This document shows positions 55,825 to 64,000 of a stretch of 64,000 nt of DNA, piece by piece (the stretch's first letter is position 1; the number at the start of each line of letters is the position of its first letter). The notes beneath the pieces were generated by a model that saw nothing but the letters and a program-made list of their open reading frames with translations, was not told where the DNA came from and searched no databases. Origin of the DNA: a virus (taxonomy: Duplodnaviria; Caudoviricetes); IMG/VR virus record IMGVR_UViG_3300033121_001334, positions 10,564 to 74,563 of that record, one strand, 5' to 3'. Both the position numbers and the translations under genes were made by a program.

Positions 55825-57756
55825 TCAATCCTTGATTGGGACAAGTCTGTTATTGACATTGTTTGTAATATGCTGACGACGAAGCTGTACGTTCTTACCC
55901 ATGAGAACAGTAAGAATGCGCTCTGCTTCCGCTGCGTCGTCCATAGTGACCTGCAAGAGCCTTCTCTTACCCTTGCGCATGGTCGTCTCAGCAAGCTGTT
56001 CAGCTTCCATTTCACCAAGACCCTTGAACCGCTTGATATCAGGTTTTGAACTAAGCTTAGCCAGGTTTTCCTGTAACTCGGTATCGCTCCAACAGTAAAT
56101 CGGGTCGCCTTTTTTCTCAATCATGTAGAGCGGAGCCTGAGCAATATAGACATGACCGTGATCGATCAACGGACGCATGAAACGATAGAAGAAAGTCAAC
56201 AGGAGAGTGCGGATATGATATCCGTCGTCGTCGGCGTCCGACATGATGATGATTTTGCCATACTTCAACTTGCTAAGATCAAACTGGTCTCTTACACCAG
56301 TACCAATACAAAGCATAAGGTTGATTATTTCGTCGTTCTTGAAAAGGTCGTTCAACGTACACTTCTCGGCGTTGATGATCTTGCCTTTATTAGACAAGAT
56401 TGCCTGAACTTCGCTATCTCTTCCGCCGCTAGCAGAACCAGCAGCCGAATCACCCTCGACGATGAAAAGCTCATTAACTTTTGTATCTCCGCTACGACAG
56501 TCTCGGAGTTTGCCAGGGATTCTACCGCTGCTTCCCAGGAAGCTTTTCTTCTTGAGGGCAGAAGCTGCGTCTTTAGCCGCTTTTCTTGCTCGTTGAGCAA
56601 GTTGCGCTCTCTCGAAGATTTTGGAAAGAACCTTGGGATTACGATCCAGGTAGTCTGACAAGATTTCGGAAGTTATATTACTAACAACAGCCTCAGCCTC
56701 AACGGTTCCAAGTTTAGCCTTTGTTTGACCAACAAACTGAGGCTGGGGAAGACGAATGCTTACAATAGCATTCAAGCCTTCCTGAATGTCTCGGCCTTCA
56801 AGCGGGTCGTCCTTATCTTTCAACAAACCAGCAGCCGACGAAAGTTTGTTGATGGTTCTTGTAAGAGAAGCTCTGAAACCTGAAAGATGCGTGCCGCCGT
56901 CAGTTGTATAGATGTTGTTGGCGTAAGAGAGAATAAGGCTATCGTCTTCGTCGGTCCAAGAGACAGCAATTTCGACCTGCATTCCGTCAGAGTTCTTTTG
57001 TCCGTAAATCGGAACGTCAGGATAAATTCCGTTCTTGTTCTGAAGAAGATAGAGAACGTAATCGCCGATGCCTCCGTCAAACTTGAAATCCTGCTTCGTT
57101 CCTGTTGCTTTGTTTTCAAAAGCAATTCGCAGACCTCTGTTGAGGAAGGCGGTTTCTCTCAACCTGCGAATAATGTCATTCTCGTCAAGCTTGACGCCAT
57201 GTTTGAAGATCTGGATATCGGCGCGCCAGATTGACTTCGTACCAGTTGGCTTTTCGCCCTTTTCGAGCTTGCGAACCTTCTTGACATCTCCAAGCGGCTC
57301 GCCTCGGCTATATTCCTGACGGTAGAGGCTACCGTCTCGATGAACCTCAACAGTCATCTTATCAGACAAAGCGTTTACGCAAGAAGCGCCAACGCCATGC
57401 AAACCACCAGAAGCAACATATCCGCTGGAATCGGAAGTCATCTTTCCGCCAGCATGAAGGACGGTCATTGCAACTTCCAGCGAAGACTTATGCTCCGTTG
57501 GATGCATGTCAACAGGAATGCCTCGCCCGTCGTCTTCTACAGAGATTGTTTCTCCGTCAGCCTCAATCGTGACATGGATGTTTTTTGCATGCCCCGCCAT
57601 TGCTTCGTCAACAGAGTTATCCAGGATTTCCCAGATAAGATGGTGAAGGCCTTTCTTATCGGTATCACCGATGTACATCGCGGGACGCCAACGCACCCCC
57701 TCTAAACCCTTAAGGACTTTGATTTGATTTCCAGAATATCCGCTTGATTGAGTCAT
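55825..57756 (-). CDS. gyrB: DNA gyrase subunit B
   Basis: RPAMYIG, EILDNSVDE, GLHGVGAS, EGDSAAG, DADDDG, RFKGLGEM. Confidence 0.96.
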   Translation of the reverse strand: MTQSSGYSGNQIKVLKGLEGVRWRPAMYIGDTDKKGLHHLIWEILDNSVDEAMAGHAKNIHVTIEADGETISVEDDGRGIPVDMHPTEHKSSLEVAMTVLHAGGKMTSDSSGYVASGGLHGVGASCVNALSDKMTVEVHRDGSLYRQEYSRGEPLGDVKKVRKLEKGEKPTGTKSIWRADIQIFKHGVKLDENDIIRRLRETAFLNRGLRIAFENKATGTKQDFKFDGGIGDYVLYLLQNKNGIYPDVPIYGQKNSDGMQVEIAVSWTDEDDSLILSYANNIYTTDGGTHLSGFRASLTRTINKLSSAAGLLKDKDDPLEGRDIQEGLNAIVSIRLPQPQFVGQTKAKLGTVEAEAVVSNITSEILSDYLDRNPKVLSKIFERAQLAQRARKAAKDAASALKKKSFLGSSGRIPGKLRDCRSGDTKVNELFIVEGDSAAGSASGGRDSEVQAILSNKGKIINAEKCTLNDLFKNDEIINLMLCIGTGVRDQFDLSKLKYGKIIIMSDADDDGYHIRTLLLTFFYRFMRPLIDHGHVYIAQAPLYMIEKKGDPIYCWSDTELQENLAKLSSKPDIKRFKGLGEMEAEQLAETTMRKGKRRLLQVTMDDAAEAERILTVLMGKNVQLRRQHITNNVNNRLVPIKD

Positions 57757-58550
57757 TTCAATAAACCTTTAGAACGTAGATAAGCTTCAAATTCCTGCTT
57801 ATCATAGTGCCTGTTCTTTTTCATATTAACGCCCTTATCGAGTGGTTGAAGATTTTCAAGGGCGCAAATAATTTTTGGATCTTTTATCCCATAATCTAAA
57901 AAAGCCTTGACTGGAAAAACATGATCAACATGATAGCTGATTTTGTCTGATAATTTTTCCCAGTTGGGATGATTCAGTATATAAGTTTTGAGGTCATTCC
58001 AATCATACCCAAGTATTGCCTTGATTTCATCGCTAGTCTTCTTATTTCTTCCTGAAACACCACCTCGAAGACAATTGCGCCATGCTCTCCATATCTTACC
58101 ATTTTGCTTGACTGCTTCTCTATCAGGATTCCAGTTAGGATTATTTGTTCCACTGTTGTTTATCGCAGCACATTTTGAACATCCATACCCGCAATCTTTG
58201 AATCTGGTAAGATTTGTTTTGTAGAGATGCCCCCTGGGACATAATGCTTCAAAGATTTGTCTTCCATGAGAATGATGATCGGTAAGCAGTTGGTAGCCTC
58301 TAGAAGAGAAAACCTGCCGTATTTCTTCAATCGGCGTTAGCCTCTCTTCTCTTTGTTTTTGATGATAGCATTCGATACATCGTCGTCCGCTTCGGAAGTC
58401 TGCGTATGTAGTCTTTTTCTCGTGTCCTTTGGTACATACGCATTCCAATTTTGTCTTGCTGTTGATGTATTCTGTTGAAAGCAGCCTGTATCCTGCTTCC
58501 TCAAAAACCCGCTTTACCTCTTCAAAAGTCTTTCGTGTTGTTTTTCCCAT
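57753..58550 (-). CDS. HNH-type homing endonuclease with N-terminal Zn-finger repeats
   Basis: CTKGH...CIEC and CPRGH...CSKC; YHVDHVFP...NLQPL...N; overlaps the gyrB start. Confidence 0.75.
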   Translation of the reverse strand: MGKTTRKTFEEVKRVFEEAGYRLLSTEYINSKTKLECVCTKGHEKKTTYADFRSGRRCIECYHQKQREERLTPIEEIRQVFSSRGYQLLTDHHSHGRQIFEALCPRGHLYKTNLTRFKDCGYGCSKCAAINNSGTNNPNWNPDREAVKQNGKIWRAWRNCLRGGVSGRNKKTSDEIKAILGYDWNDLKTYILNHPNWEKLSDKISYHVDHVFPVKAFLDYGIKDPKIICALENLQPLDKGVNMKKNRHYDKQEFEAYLRSKGLLK

Positions 58551-58790
58551 ACCCGGTTATCGACCAATTTCGATTTTGACAACAATCAGGTCGATGGCGA
58601 ACAGCTTCAAGCCCTTTGAGGACTTGGATTTTCGCTCCAGTATAGCTTGTACCTGTCTGGTCTGTTGTCATTGCCGTTTCCTTGGTTTCCGTACAAATAG
58701 AGAACTCTGCGAAAGTTTAGTTCTCCGCAGCAATCATAGGGGGCTGAATCGCCTCTTTTCGTTTTTGGTGGTTCTTTTAGACTTCAAACC

Positions 58791-59714
58791 CTACGAGTGA
58801 CTAAATCTTACTCGCAGCTTTTTTCTTTTTTCAAAGAATACAAGACAATCATCGACGGTTAGTGGTTTGGTTTTAGTAACAACACTAGAAGTTTTTGGCG
58901 AACTTGCTTGTTCACAAAAAGCATTTGGAACTATTTCGCTAATCCAGTTTTTGCAAGAATATGCGTCAACAAAAAAACCAGTAATTGGGCACTCAAGAGT
59001 AAGCGCTCGAATAACTCCAATAAGTTCTAGTTGCCCAAAATTATCGATAAAGACACCTCCACCAGAATCGCCAGGACCAAAAATGCCCTCCCCTTTGATG
59101 GACTGTTTTGAAACCGGATCTCGAAGATAAAAGAAATACTCAGTTTCAATTTGTATTGTTGAATCCTGTATGTAAATGGAGTTCACCAAGCCCATAATTG
59201 TGTTTTTGAATATTCGTTTTTCGCCGTAATCAATATCCCAATCTATGCTATTATATTTGGCGTTTGACGAGCTTCTACCAAAACCCGCTCCGTAGAAATC
59301 TCTGTTAACAAGATTGTTTGACGCATGAATCTTGATTGCTTTTGGACATTTTCCATTAATTTTCAGAATAGCAATATCGTTTGGATTATTGGCATAAATT
59401 TTCTCAATAGTATAAACAATATTGTCTAATATAAATATGAAGTTTGACGGGTCAAGGACCATGCCGTCTGAGCGATTGTTATGAGTAATAACATGCCTTG
59501 ATGTTAAAATAAAAGAACCGTCGCCAATGACGGTTCCAGATCCGCAAGAATAGTTGTTTATGTTTATGAGGCTCCCAACAAAAGGAAAGTCTTGCGCTGT
59601 CTTATCTTTTTGATCAAGAGGAACAATGATTACGCTAGCGTTGGCGGCAATAACTGTCGTCAGGTACGTTAGCAGACTAGTTAAGAGACATAAGATCGGC
59701 CTCATAAGTATCAC
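58791..59714 (-). CDS. Trypsin-like serine protease with a signal peptide
   Basis: LTSRHV, NDIAIL, GDSGGG catalytic triad motifs. Confidence 0.85.
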   Translation of the reverse strand: MILMRPILCLLTSLLTYLTTVIAANASVIIVPLDQKDKTAQDFPFVGSLININNYSCGSGTVIGDGSFILTSRHVITHNNRSDGMVLDPSNFIFILDNIVYTIEKIYANNPNDIAILKINGKCPKAIKIHASNNLVNRDFYGAGFGRSSSNAKYNSIDWDIDYGEKRIFKNTIMGLVNSIYIQDSTIQIETEYFFYLRDPVSKQSIKGEGIFGPGDSGGGVFIDNFGQLELIGVIRALTLECPITGFFVDAYSCKNWISEIVPNAFCEQASSPKTSSVVTKTKPLTVDDCLVFFEKRKKLRVRFSHS

Positions 59715-59776
59715 CTGCTTTTGAAATAGTTAAGAACTACTTCAAAGATTTCGCAGGTGTACTTATTTTCTCCTTC

Positions 59777-60742
59777 TTATATGTTGTTTATTTCATTCCA
59801 CTCTTGTAAGGCAAGCTCGGCAGCTTTGGCAACAAGCTTTTCAGGAGGGGTTTTATACCAACCAGAACAGCTAAAGCTGTTAATCTCGATAAGGCTGACT
59901 TGCTCGTTTTTATAGCCGCCAATGCCTATATCCATAGCAAAAATCTCGTCAGGTCGCCATTCTACCTCGTCTAGAACAGTTTGGGCAAACTTTATTGCCA
60001 TAGAAGAATATTTCTCTTCTGAAGATAAATACATTGGTTCGGTCTTGTAGTCGCCGTTCTGGTCATAATACATCGACCCGCCAAGAATCTTCTTACCAGA
60101 GCAGAATATGCGGAACTCTGAGTTTATCTGTCTAAACGGGCCTATAACAACCGGGAGTTCGGGCTTGCCATATTGGTCTTGATGTTTGATTAGATCTCCG
60201 TAGTTGAGTTCTTGCCCAGTAAAGTTCTTTGCTCCTGAGCAAGGTCTAATAAAGAGCCTTCCATGTTTGAGTTGTAGATCGTTGAAGTGCCTTTTCACTT
60301 CATTGAGAGGCATGATACGATAATCGTCATTCCAAAGGTATTTGCCGAAATGAGCATAATATGTCATGCAATCGAAGTTGGCAAAGTTTGCAAAAGAGCC
60401 TGGTATCCAAGGCTTTTGTCTTTGAATCTGTCGAATCAAATTGATAGAGCCAAGGACAATAACGCAGTCCTTGTCGTCAAATTGATTGTATTCACCGCTT
60501 TCAAATGGCTTATAACGGACTGTCTCAACAATCATGCCTTGCCGACGAATCTCGTCAACAATGGGTTGTATATCTTCCGAGAAAGTGCCTTCTTCTATAA
60601 GCCACTTAACTATTGTTTTTGGACGGTTTCTGTACTCTTCCAAAGCTTTCATTCCGCCGGAATAAAAAGCTTCAGCCTCTTTTTCGCTAAGAGAAGTGCA
60701 AAAACTGCATGGAGGATTTATATGACAAGAACAGCCGTCCAT
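59777..60742 (-). CDS. ATP-grasp domain protein (DUF4343/R2K-like)
   Basis: LFIRP...KNFTG, EFRIF, FAMDIG, LIEINSFSCSGWY. Confidence 0.75.
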   Translation of the reverse strand: MDGCSCHINPPCSFCTSLSEKEAEAFYSGGMKALEEYRNRPKTIVKWLIEEGTFSEDIQPIVDEIRRQGMIVETVRYKPFESGEYNQFDDKDCVIVLGSINLIRQIQRQKPWIPGSFANFANFDCMTYYAHFGKYLWNDDYRIMPLNEVKRHFNDLQLKHGRLFIRPCSGAKNFTGQELNYGDLIKHQDQYGKPELPVVIGPFRQINSEFRIFCSGKKILGGSMYYDQNGDYKTEPMYLSSEEKYSSMAIKFAQTVLDEVEWRPDEIFAMDIGIGGYKNEQVSLIEINSFSCSGWYKTPPEKLVAKAAELALQEWNEINNI

Positions 60743-60751
60743 TGAGTTTCC

Positions 60752-61873
60752 TTACAGGTCAGAATCGTCTCTGGGAAGAGGCGAAAAGGTTACATTTTCT
60801 TTATCAACAACAATACCAACTTTGTTGGGCCACTCAAACTTTCGTTTTTGACGATTCTTGATTGCGGACAAAACTTGTTCAATCATGAAACTATTGATTA
60901 AATCATGTTGAGGTTGAATTGTGTGGAGCTTTGCTGTTCTGTCAAATGCGTCTCGAAGACATTCATAAACAACAATATCTTTTGCCACTCTAAGAGTATC
61001 AACAGGAATAGAAATGAACCAGGGGCCTTTGAAATCTTCGTCTCTATCAAAAGAGTCTTTCTGAAATCTCTTTAGACGGTACGCTTCATCTTCAACAACC
61101 TTTTGAGCGGAATCAACCGTTCGGGCACAGTTGTTTGACAGCGCAGCAGCATTAGGAAAAAGACTCTTCAAAACAGGAATAACATCATGACGAATTTTGT
61201 TGCGAGTGTAGTGAGTATCTTTGTTTGTCTGGTCCTCGTTATAAGGAATCTTATTGAGGTTACAGATGTCGTATGCTTCCTGCTTTGTAATACGAAGCAT
61301 AGGGCGAACGTATGTTATAATATGATACTTCCGATTATCTGCATATTCAAGAGTCTCAGAGATACCAGAAAGTCCTCTCAAACCAGAACCTCTACAAAGC
61401 TTCATAAGAATAGTTTCTAACTGATCGTCAGCGTGATGACCAGTTAGAACATATTTGATATTCTTTTTTATTGCTTCGGAAAAGATATCAAAGTGCCGTC
61501 TATCTCTGTATTCGGCTTCAGTTGACGGAGGATTATTGCCTTTCAAATTAACATTGACTTGAGAAAACGAAATAGAACTAGCTTCGCAATAAGACTTTAC
61601 CAGGTCTCTATCCTTTGAAGCCTCTTTAAGAGGCCTCATATCATGAAGAGCATGGACAACATGAAGCGGGTAACCTGCTTTTTGCGCGCAAAAAAGCAGG
61701 GCCATAGAATCGGCCCCGCCTGAGCAACAAACAAGAAGAGTTTGAGACTTATCAGGAATCAGTCGTCTCAAAGAGGCCAAAACTGTGTTGATCGCTTCTT
61801 TTGGTTCGCTCATTAGATTCGCCTTTGAGTACAAGACTCGCCCTACAGATAGTCTCAGGAAAAGAATATCCAA
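60752..61873 (-). CDS. tilS: tRNA(Ile)-lysidine synthetase
   Basis: CSGGADSMAL, TGHHADDQLETILMKLCRGSGLRGL, VRPML, EDQTN...YTRNKIRH. Confidence 0.93.
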   Translation of the reverse strand: MDILFLRLSVGRVLYSKANLMSEPKEAINTVLASLRRLIPDKSQTLLVCCSGGADSMALLFCAQKAGYPLHVVHALHDMRPLKEASKDRDLVKSYCEASSISFSQVNVNLKGNNPPSTEAEYRDRRHFDIFSEAIKKNIKYVLTGHHADDQLETILMKLCRGSGLRGLSGISETLEYADNRKYHIITYVRPMLRITKQEAYDICNLNKIPYNEDQTNKDTHYTRNKIRHDVIPVLKSLFPNAAALSNNCARTVDSAQKVVEDEAYRLKRFQKDSFDRDEDFKGPWFISIPVDTLRVAKDIVVYECLRDAFDRTAKLHTIQPQHDLINSFMIEQVLSAIKNRQKRKFEWPNKVGIVVDKENVTFSPLPRDDSDL

Positions 61874-62150
61874 GAGCTATTTCTTTCATATTCAAGAAAT
61901 CAACTTCTCTTCTTTCTTCTTCTCCAAACAAAAGAGGTTGTTCAATCCCTTTCCTGTACGCAATCCAAGCAACAGAGTTGCGCACTTTGACAATGATTAT
62001 AGATTCAAAGAGCTTCACTTTCTCGGCAACTTTCCAAGCTTCTTCAATGTCGGAAGAATATGGAGGAGGAAAAAGTTCGCAGGGTTCCTGCTCCATAATC
62101 ATGTCATGAACCATTAGATTGATTTCAGAATTGTTATGAGGGATGTGCAT
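61752..62150 (-). CDS. Phage ABA-sandwich-like protein
   Basis: PPYSSDIEEAWKVAEK...PETICRASL. Confidence 0.6.
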   Translation of the reverse strand: MHIPHNNSEINLMVHDMIMEQEPCELFPPPYSSDIEEAWKVAEKVKLFESIIIVKVRNSVAWIAYRKGIEQPLLFGEEERREVDFLNMKEIALGYSFPETICRASLVLKGESNERTKRSDQHSFGLFETTDS

Positions 62151-62778
62151 GGTCTTCCTTTCGAATTTCTCTTCCGTCTAAATGAGCAATTTTACCAGTA
62201 AACTTTGTTATTGAAATTTGATGCATTGCGCATATTAAGCAATGCAATTCAAGATAACCGTCCGCAAAAACATGAGGTCTATCTCCAATGACGATCTCCT
62301 TGATACCTTTCCTGGCGAGAAGCTTAAGACATTCATTACAAGGCAATCCCGTAACATACGCCTTGCAACCTTGTAGGCTTCTGTATTCTGCTGCCAAGAT
62401 TGCATTAGCTTCTGAATGAACAATATGCTGATACTTATAAGGCCTTGTATTTGGCATAGACTCGTCAACAGCGCCTTGCAACCAGCCGTTATAGCCCGTT
62501 GAAACAACGCTGTTGTTTTGGTCAACGATTACGCAACCATGCTGCGTTTGAGAGTCTGGCGATCTCATGGCAACAAGAAACGCAAGAGACATAAAATAAG
62601 AATCCCAGCTTAGACGCTCGTATTCTTTATTTCTGTTCTCTTCGATTGCGGGAAATCCCGTCTTATCCTGGATTCTCGCTTTTGCGTCTTCCATAGAAAT
62701 AGACGGGTCCATTGTTGTCATGCGCAAAGCTGCATTCAACATAATCTCTTTGAGTTCTATTTGATCCTTCTTCTTCAT
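62134..62778 (-). CDS. dCMP deaminase
   Basis: RSPD...GCVIV...GYNG, HSEANA, PCNECLK. Confidence 0.92.
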   Translation of the reverse strand: MKKKDQIELKEIMLNAALRMTTMDPSISMEDAKARIQDKTGFPAIEENRNKEYERLSWDSYFMSLAFLVAMRSPDSQTQHGCVIVDQNNSVVSTGYNGWLQGAVDESMPNTRPYKYQHIVHSEANAILAAEYRSLQGCKAYVTGLPCNECLKLLARKGIKEIVIGDRPHVFADGYLELHCLICAMHQISITKFTGKIAHLDGREIRKEDHAHPS

Positions 62779-63326
62779 TAGCTGAGCTTCACCGAGTTGT
62801 AAATGTCTCTAATGTTTTGATGGAAGAAACGACCTTTTGACGGCGCAATAAGGAAGGCCGAATAGATAGCAGAAGGAACATCCGAATACTCGTAAACATC
62901 GTCGTCAAGGAACTTAACAGCAAGAGTATCATTATACTTGTCGTAAGAAATAGCCTTGATGTTACTGCTTACAACTGGCGTCCAACTCCTATTGTCAGAG
63001 TTGCTAGTTTGAGGCGTCCAACTCTGCTGACCGAAAACAGCAAAACCAGGATGAACAAGATGATTTGATGGATTGGATTGCGGAACGGAAGGCGGTTGAC
63101 ATACGCCTCCGCAACAGCCGCTAGAAGCTTGAGCCATTTGCGAATCAGGCGTTGAGAATGGATCGTTCTTTGCGTTCATGATATCATGAGCAAGCGACTC
63201 AGCCAAAATAGATACCATTCTAAGCTGATTGGCAAGGTATTTTGCGTCCTGATTCAAGAAGCCAACCTCTGCTTCATGTAAATAGTGGCGAATCTGAATC
63301 AAATTGGATGCTATTATTCTTGACAT
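62778..63326 (-). CDS. KTSC-domain protein
   Basis: SSNIKAISYD...LAVKF...YEYSDVP...APSKGRFFHQNIR. Confidence 0.88.
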   Translation of the reverse strand: MSRIIASNLIQIRHYLHEAEVGFLNQDAKYLANQLRMVSILAESLAHDIMNAKNDPFSTPDSQMAQASSGCCGGVCQPPSVPQSNPSNHLVHPGFAVFGQQSWTPQTSNSDNRSWTPVVSSNIKAISYDKYNDTLAVKFLDDDVYEYSDVPSAIYSAFLIAPSKGRFFHQNIRDIYNSVKLS

Positions 63327-63339
63327 ACTATTCCTTTCT

Positions 63340-63903
63340 TTACACGTTTCCGGGTTCTTTATGACGAGACAATACTTTGTCTACGATCTTATCGGTATCA
63401 GAATAAGCAATACACTCAAAACTCGGAACAAATAAAGTGAGCATACTTTTGATATATTCGTCCATCTTTTTTGCTTCTTCTGCCGTTTCGTAACGTCCTT
63501 TTGGGACATATGGACGATCTCCTCTTTCAAGAAACACATGAAGAGAGGGATAAGCTTTTTCAAACTCTTCAACCATGCTAACTAAGTTTTCCCAGCACGG
63601 GACGCTGTATTTTCTTGCATAAGCGCATTGCATTAGAAGCGGCGAGTCTGATACAATAATATCAACTCCGTTCCTTAGAGGAATCTCTTCCCTTCTCATT
63701 TGTTGGGCGCAAATATAAACTTGGTCAAAGCCCGTTGGTTTTCTGCCTTCCCAAGCCCAAGACTTTACATACTCTTGAACAAGCTCAACTTGAATATCAA
63801 GCTTTTCATGTATGATTTTATTCTTTAGTTTTGCGAATACGTCGCAAGCTGTTGTGGTTTTACCAAGGCCGGGGCCTCCGTAGAAATTGACTCGTCTAAT
63901 CAT
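63340..63903 (-). CDS. NadR/AAA_28-like P-loop kinase
   Basis: NFYGGPGLGKTT, VQEYVK, VSDSPLL. Confidence 0.8.
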   Translation of the reverse strand: MIRRVNFYGGPGLGKTTTACDVFAKLKNKIIHEKLDIQVELVQEYVKSWAWEGRKPTGFDQVYICAQQMRREEIPLRNGVDIIVSDSPLLMQCAYARKYSVPCWENLVSMVEEFEKAYPSLHVFLERGDRPYVPKGRYETAEEAKKMDEYIKSMLTLFVPSFECIAYSDTDKIVDKVLSRHKEPGNV

Positions 63904-64000
63904 GATTTCTTCCCTATTTTAGCTGCTTCTTTTTTACATTTATTTGCTTGCGATAACAAATAAGAAGCTCTTTGTAATAAGAAAGCCTTTTTAGTCGTCT

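Larger units (their letters stand above)
382..58723. promoter_or_regulatory. Dispersed 12-bp motif RRACTAAACTTY (coding-strand reading), 26 copies found by eye; candidate phage promoter or regulator site
   Basis: Minus-strand copies start at 382, 1644, 2806, 3164, 4863, 7098, 8316, 9903, 12371, 14628, 15559, 16237, 16306, 16392, 16479, 17633, 26524, 30355, 34492, 38746, 41894, 44104, 46535, 58712; plus-strand copies at 20162 and 42893; most are intergenic and upstream of a start codon or tRNA. Confidence 0.75.

Noticed and set aside
382-58723. Reading ACTAAACTT as a sigma28 (-35 CTAAA) or ECF promoter
   Set aside because: GCCGATA/GTCGA-like boxes follow only a few copies, at inconsistent spacing (9 and 13 nt or more), so no bipartite consensus holds.
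1-64000. Stop-codon reassignment
   Set aside because: Conserved genes (gyrA, gyrB, rtcB, tilS) are full length in the standard code and no suppressor tRNA is present.

Overview
This window is best explained as part of a large (jumbo/huge) bacteriophage genome. It is densely coding and almost entirely on the minus strand. It has no structural or core host housekeeping operons but carries many small unknown ORFs. Positions 1.2-10.5 kb hold a tRNA region with two amino-acid-sorted clusters: a Leu cluster, and a Trp/Val/His/Ile cluster. That region also contains two ORF-less group I introns, five free-standing HNH endonuclease genes and several split tRNA relics. Elsewhere the window encodes RNA repair and modification genes (RtcB, an Rnl2-like ligase, TilS), gyrA/gyrB, a RadA-like ATPase, a GHKL ATPase, an SF2 helicase, DNA methyltransferases, a Nudix hydrolase and a dCMP deaminase. 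It also has a candidate replication origin near 20-21 kb and a 12-bp motif (RRACTAAACTTY, 26 copies found by eye) that mostly sits just upstream of genes. Main discovery: each tRNA cluster is preceded by a sigma70-like promoter, a tiny unannotated leader ORF and mutually exclusive terminator/antiterminator hairpins. The leader codons match the amino acids of the tRNAs downstream: MNTNFNSLLCGLLLLE before the Leu tRNAs, and MNSIVVHQVIWHVITSRGSDC before the Trp/Val/His/Ile tRNAs. This is the architecture of ribosome-mediated attenuation, apparently used to switch on phage tRNA genes when the matching charged tRNAs run short. All calls come from manual reading and motif recognition; no database searches were run.
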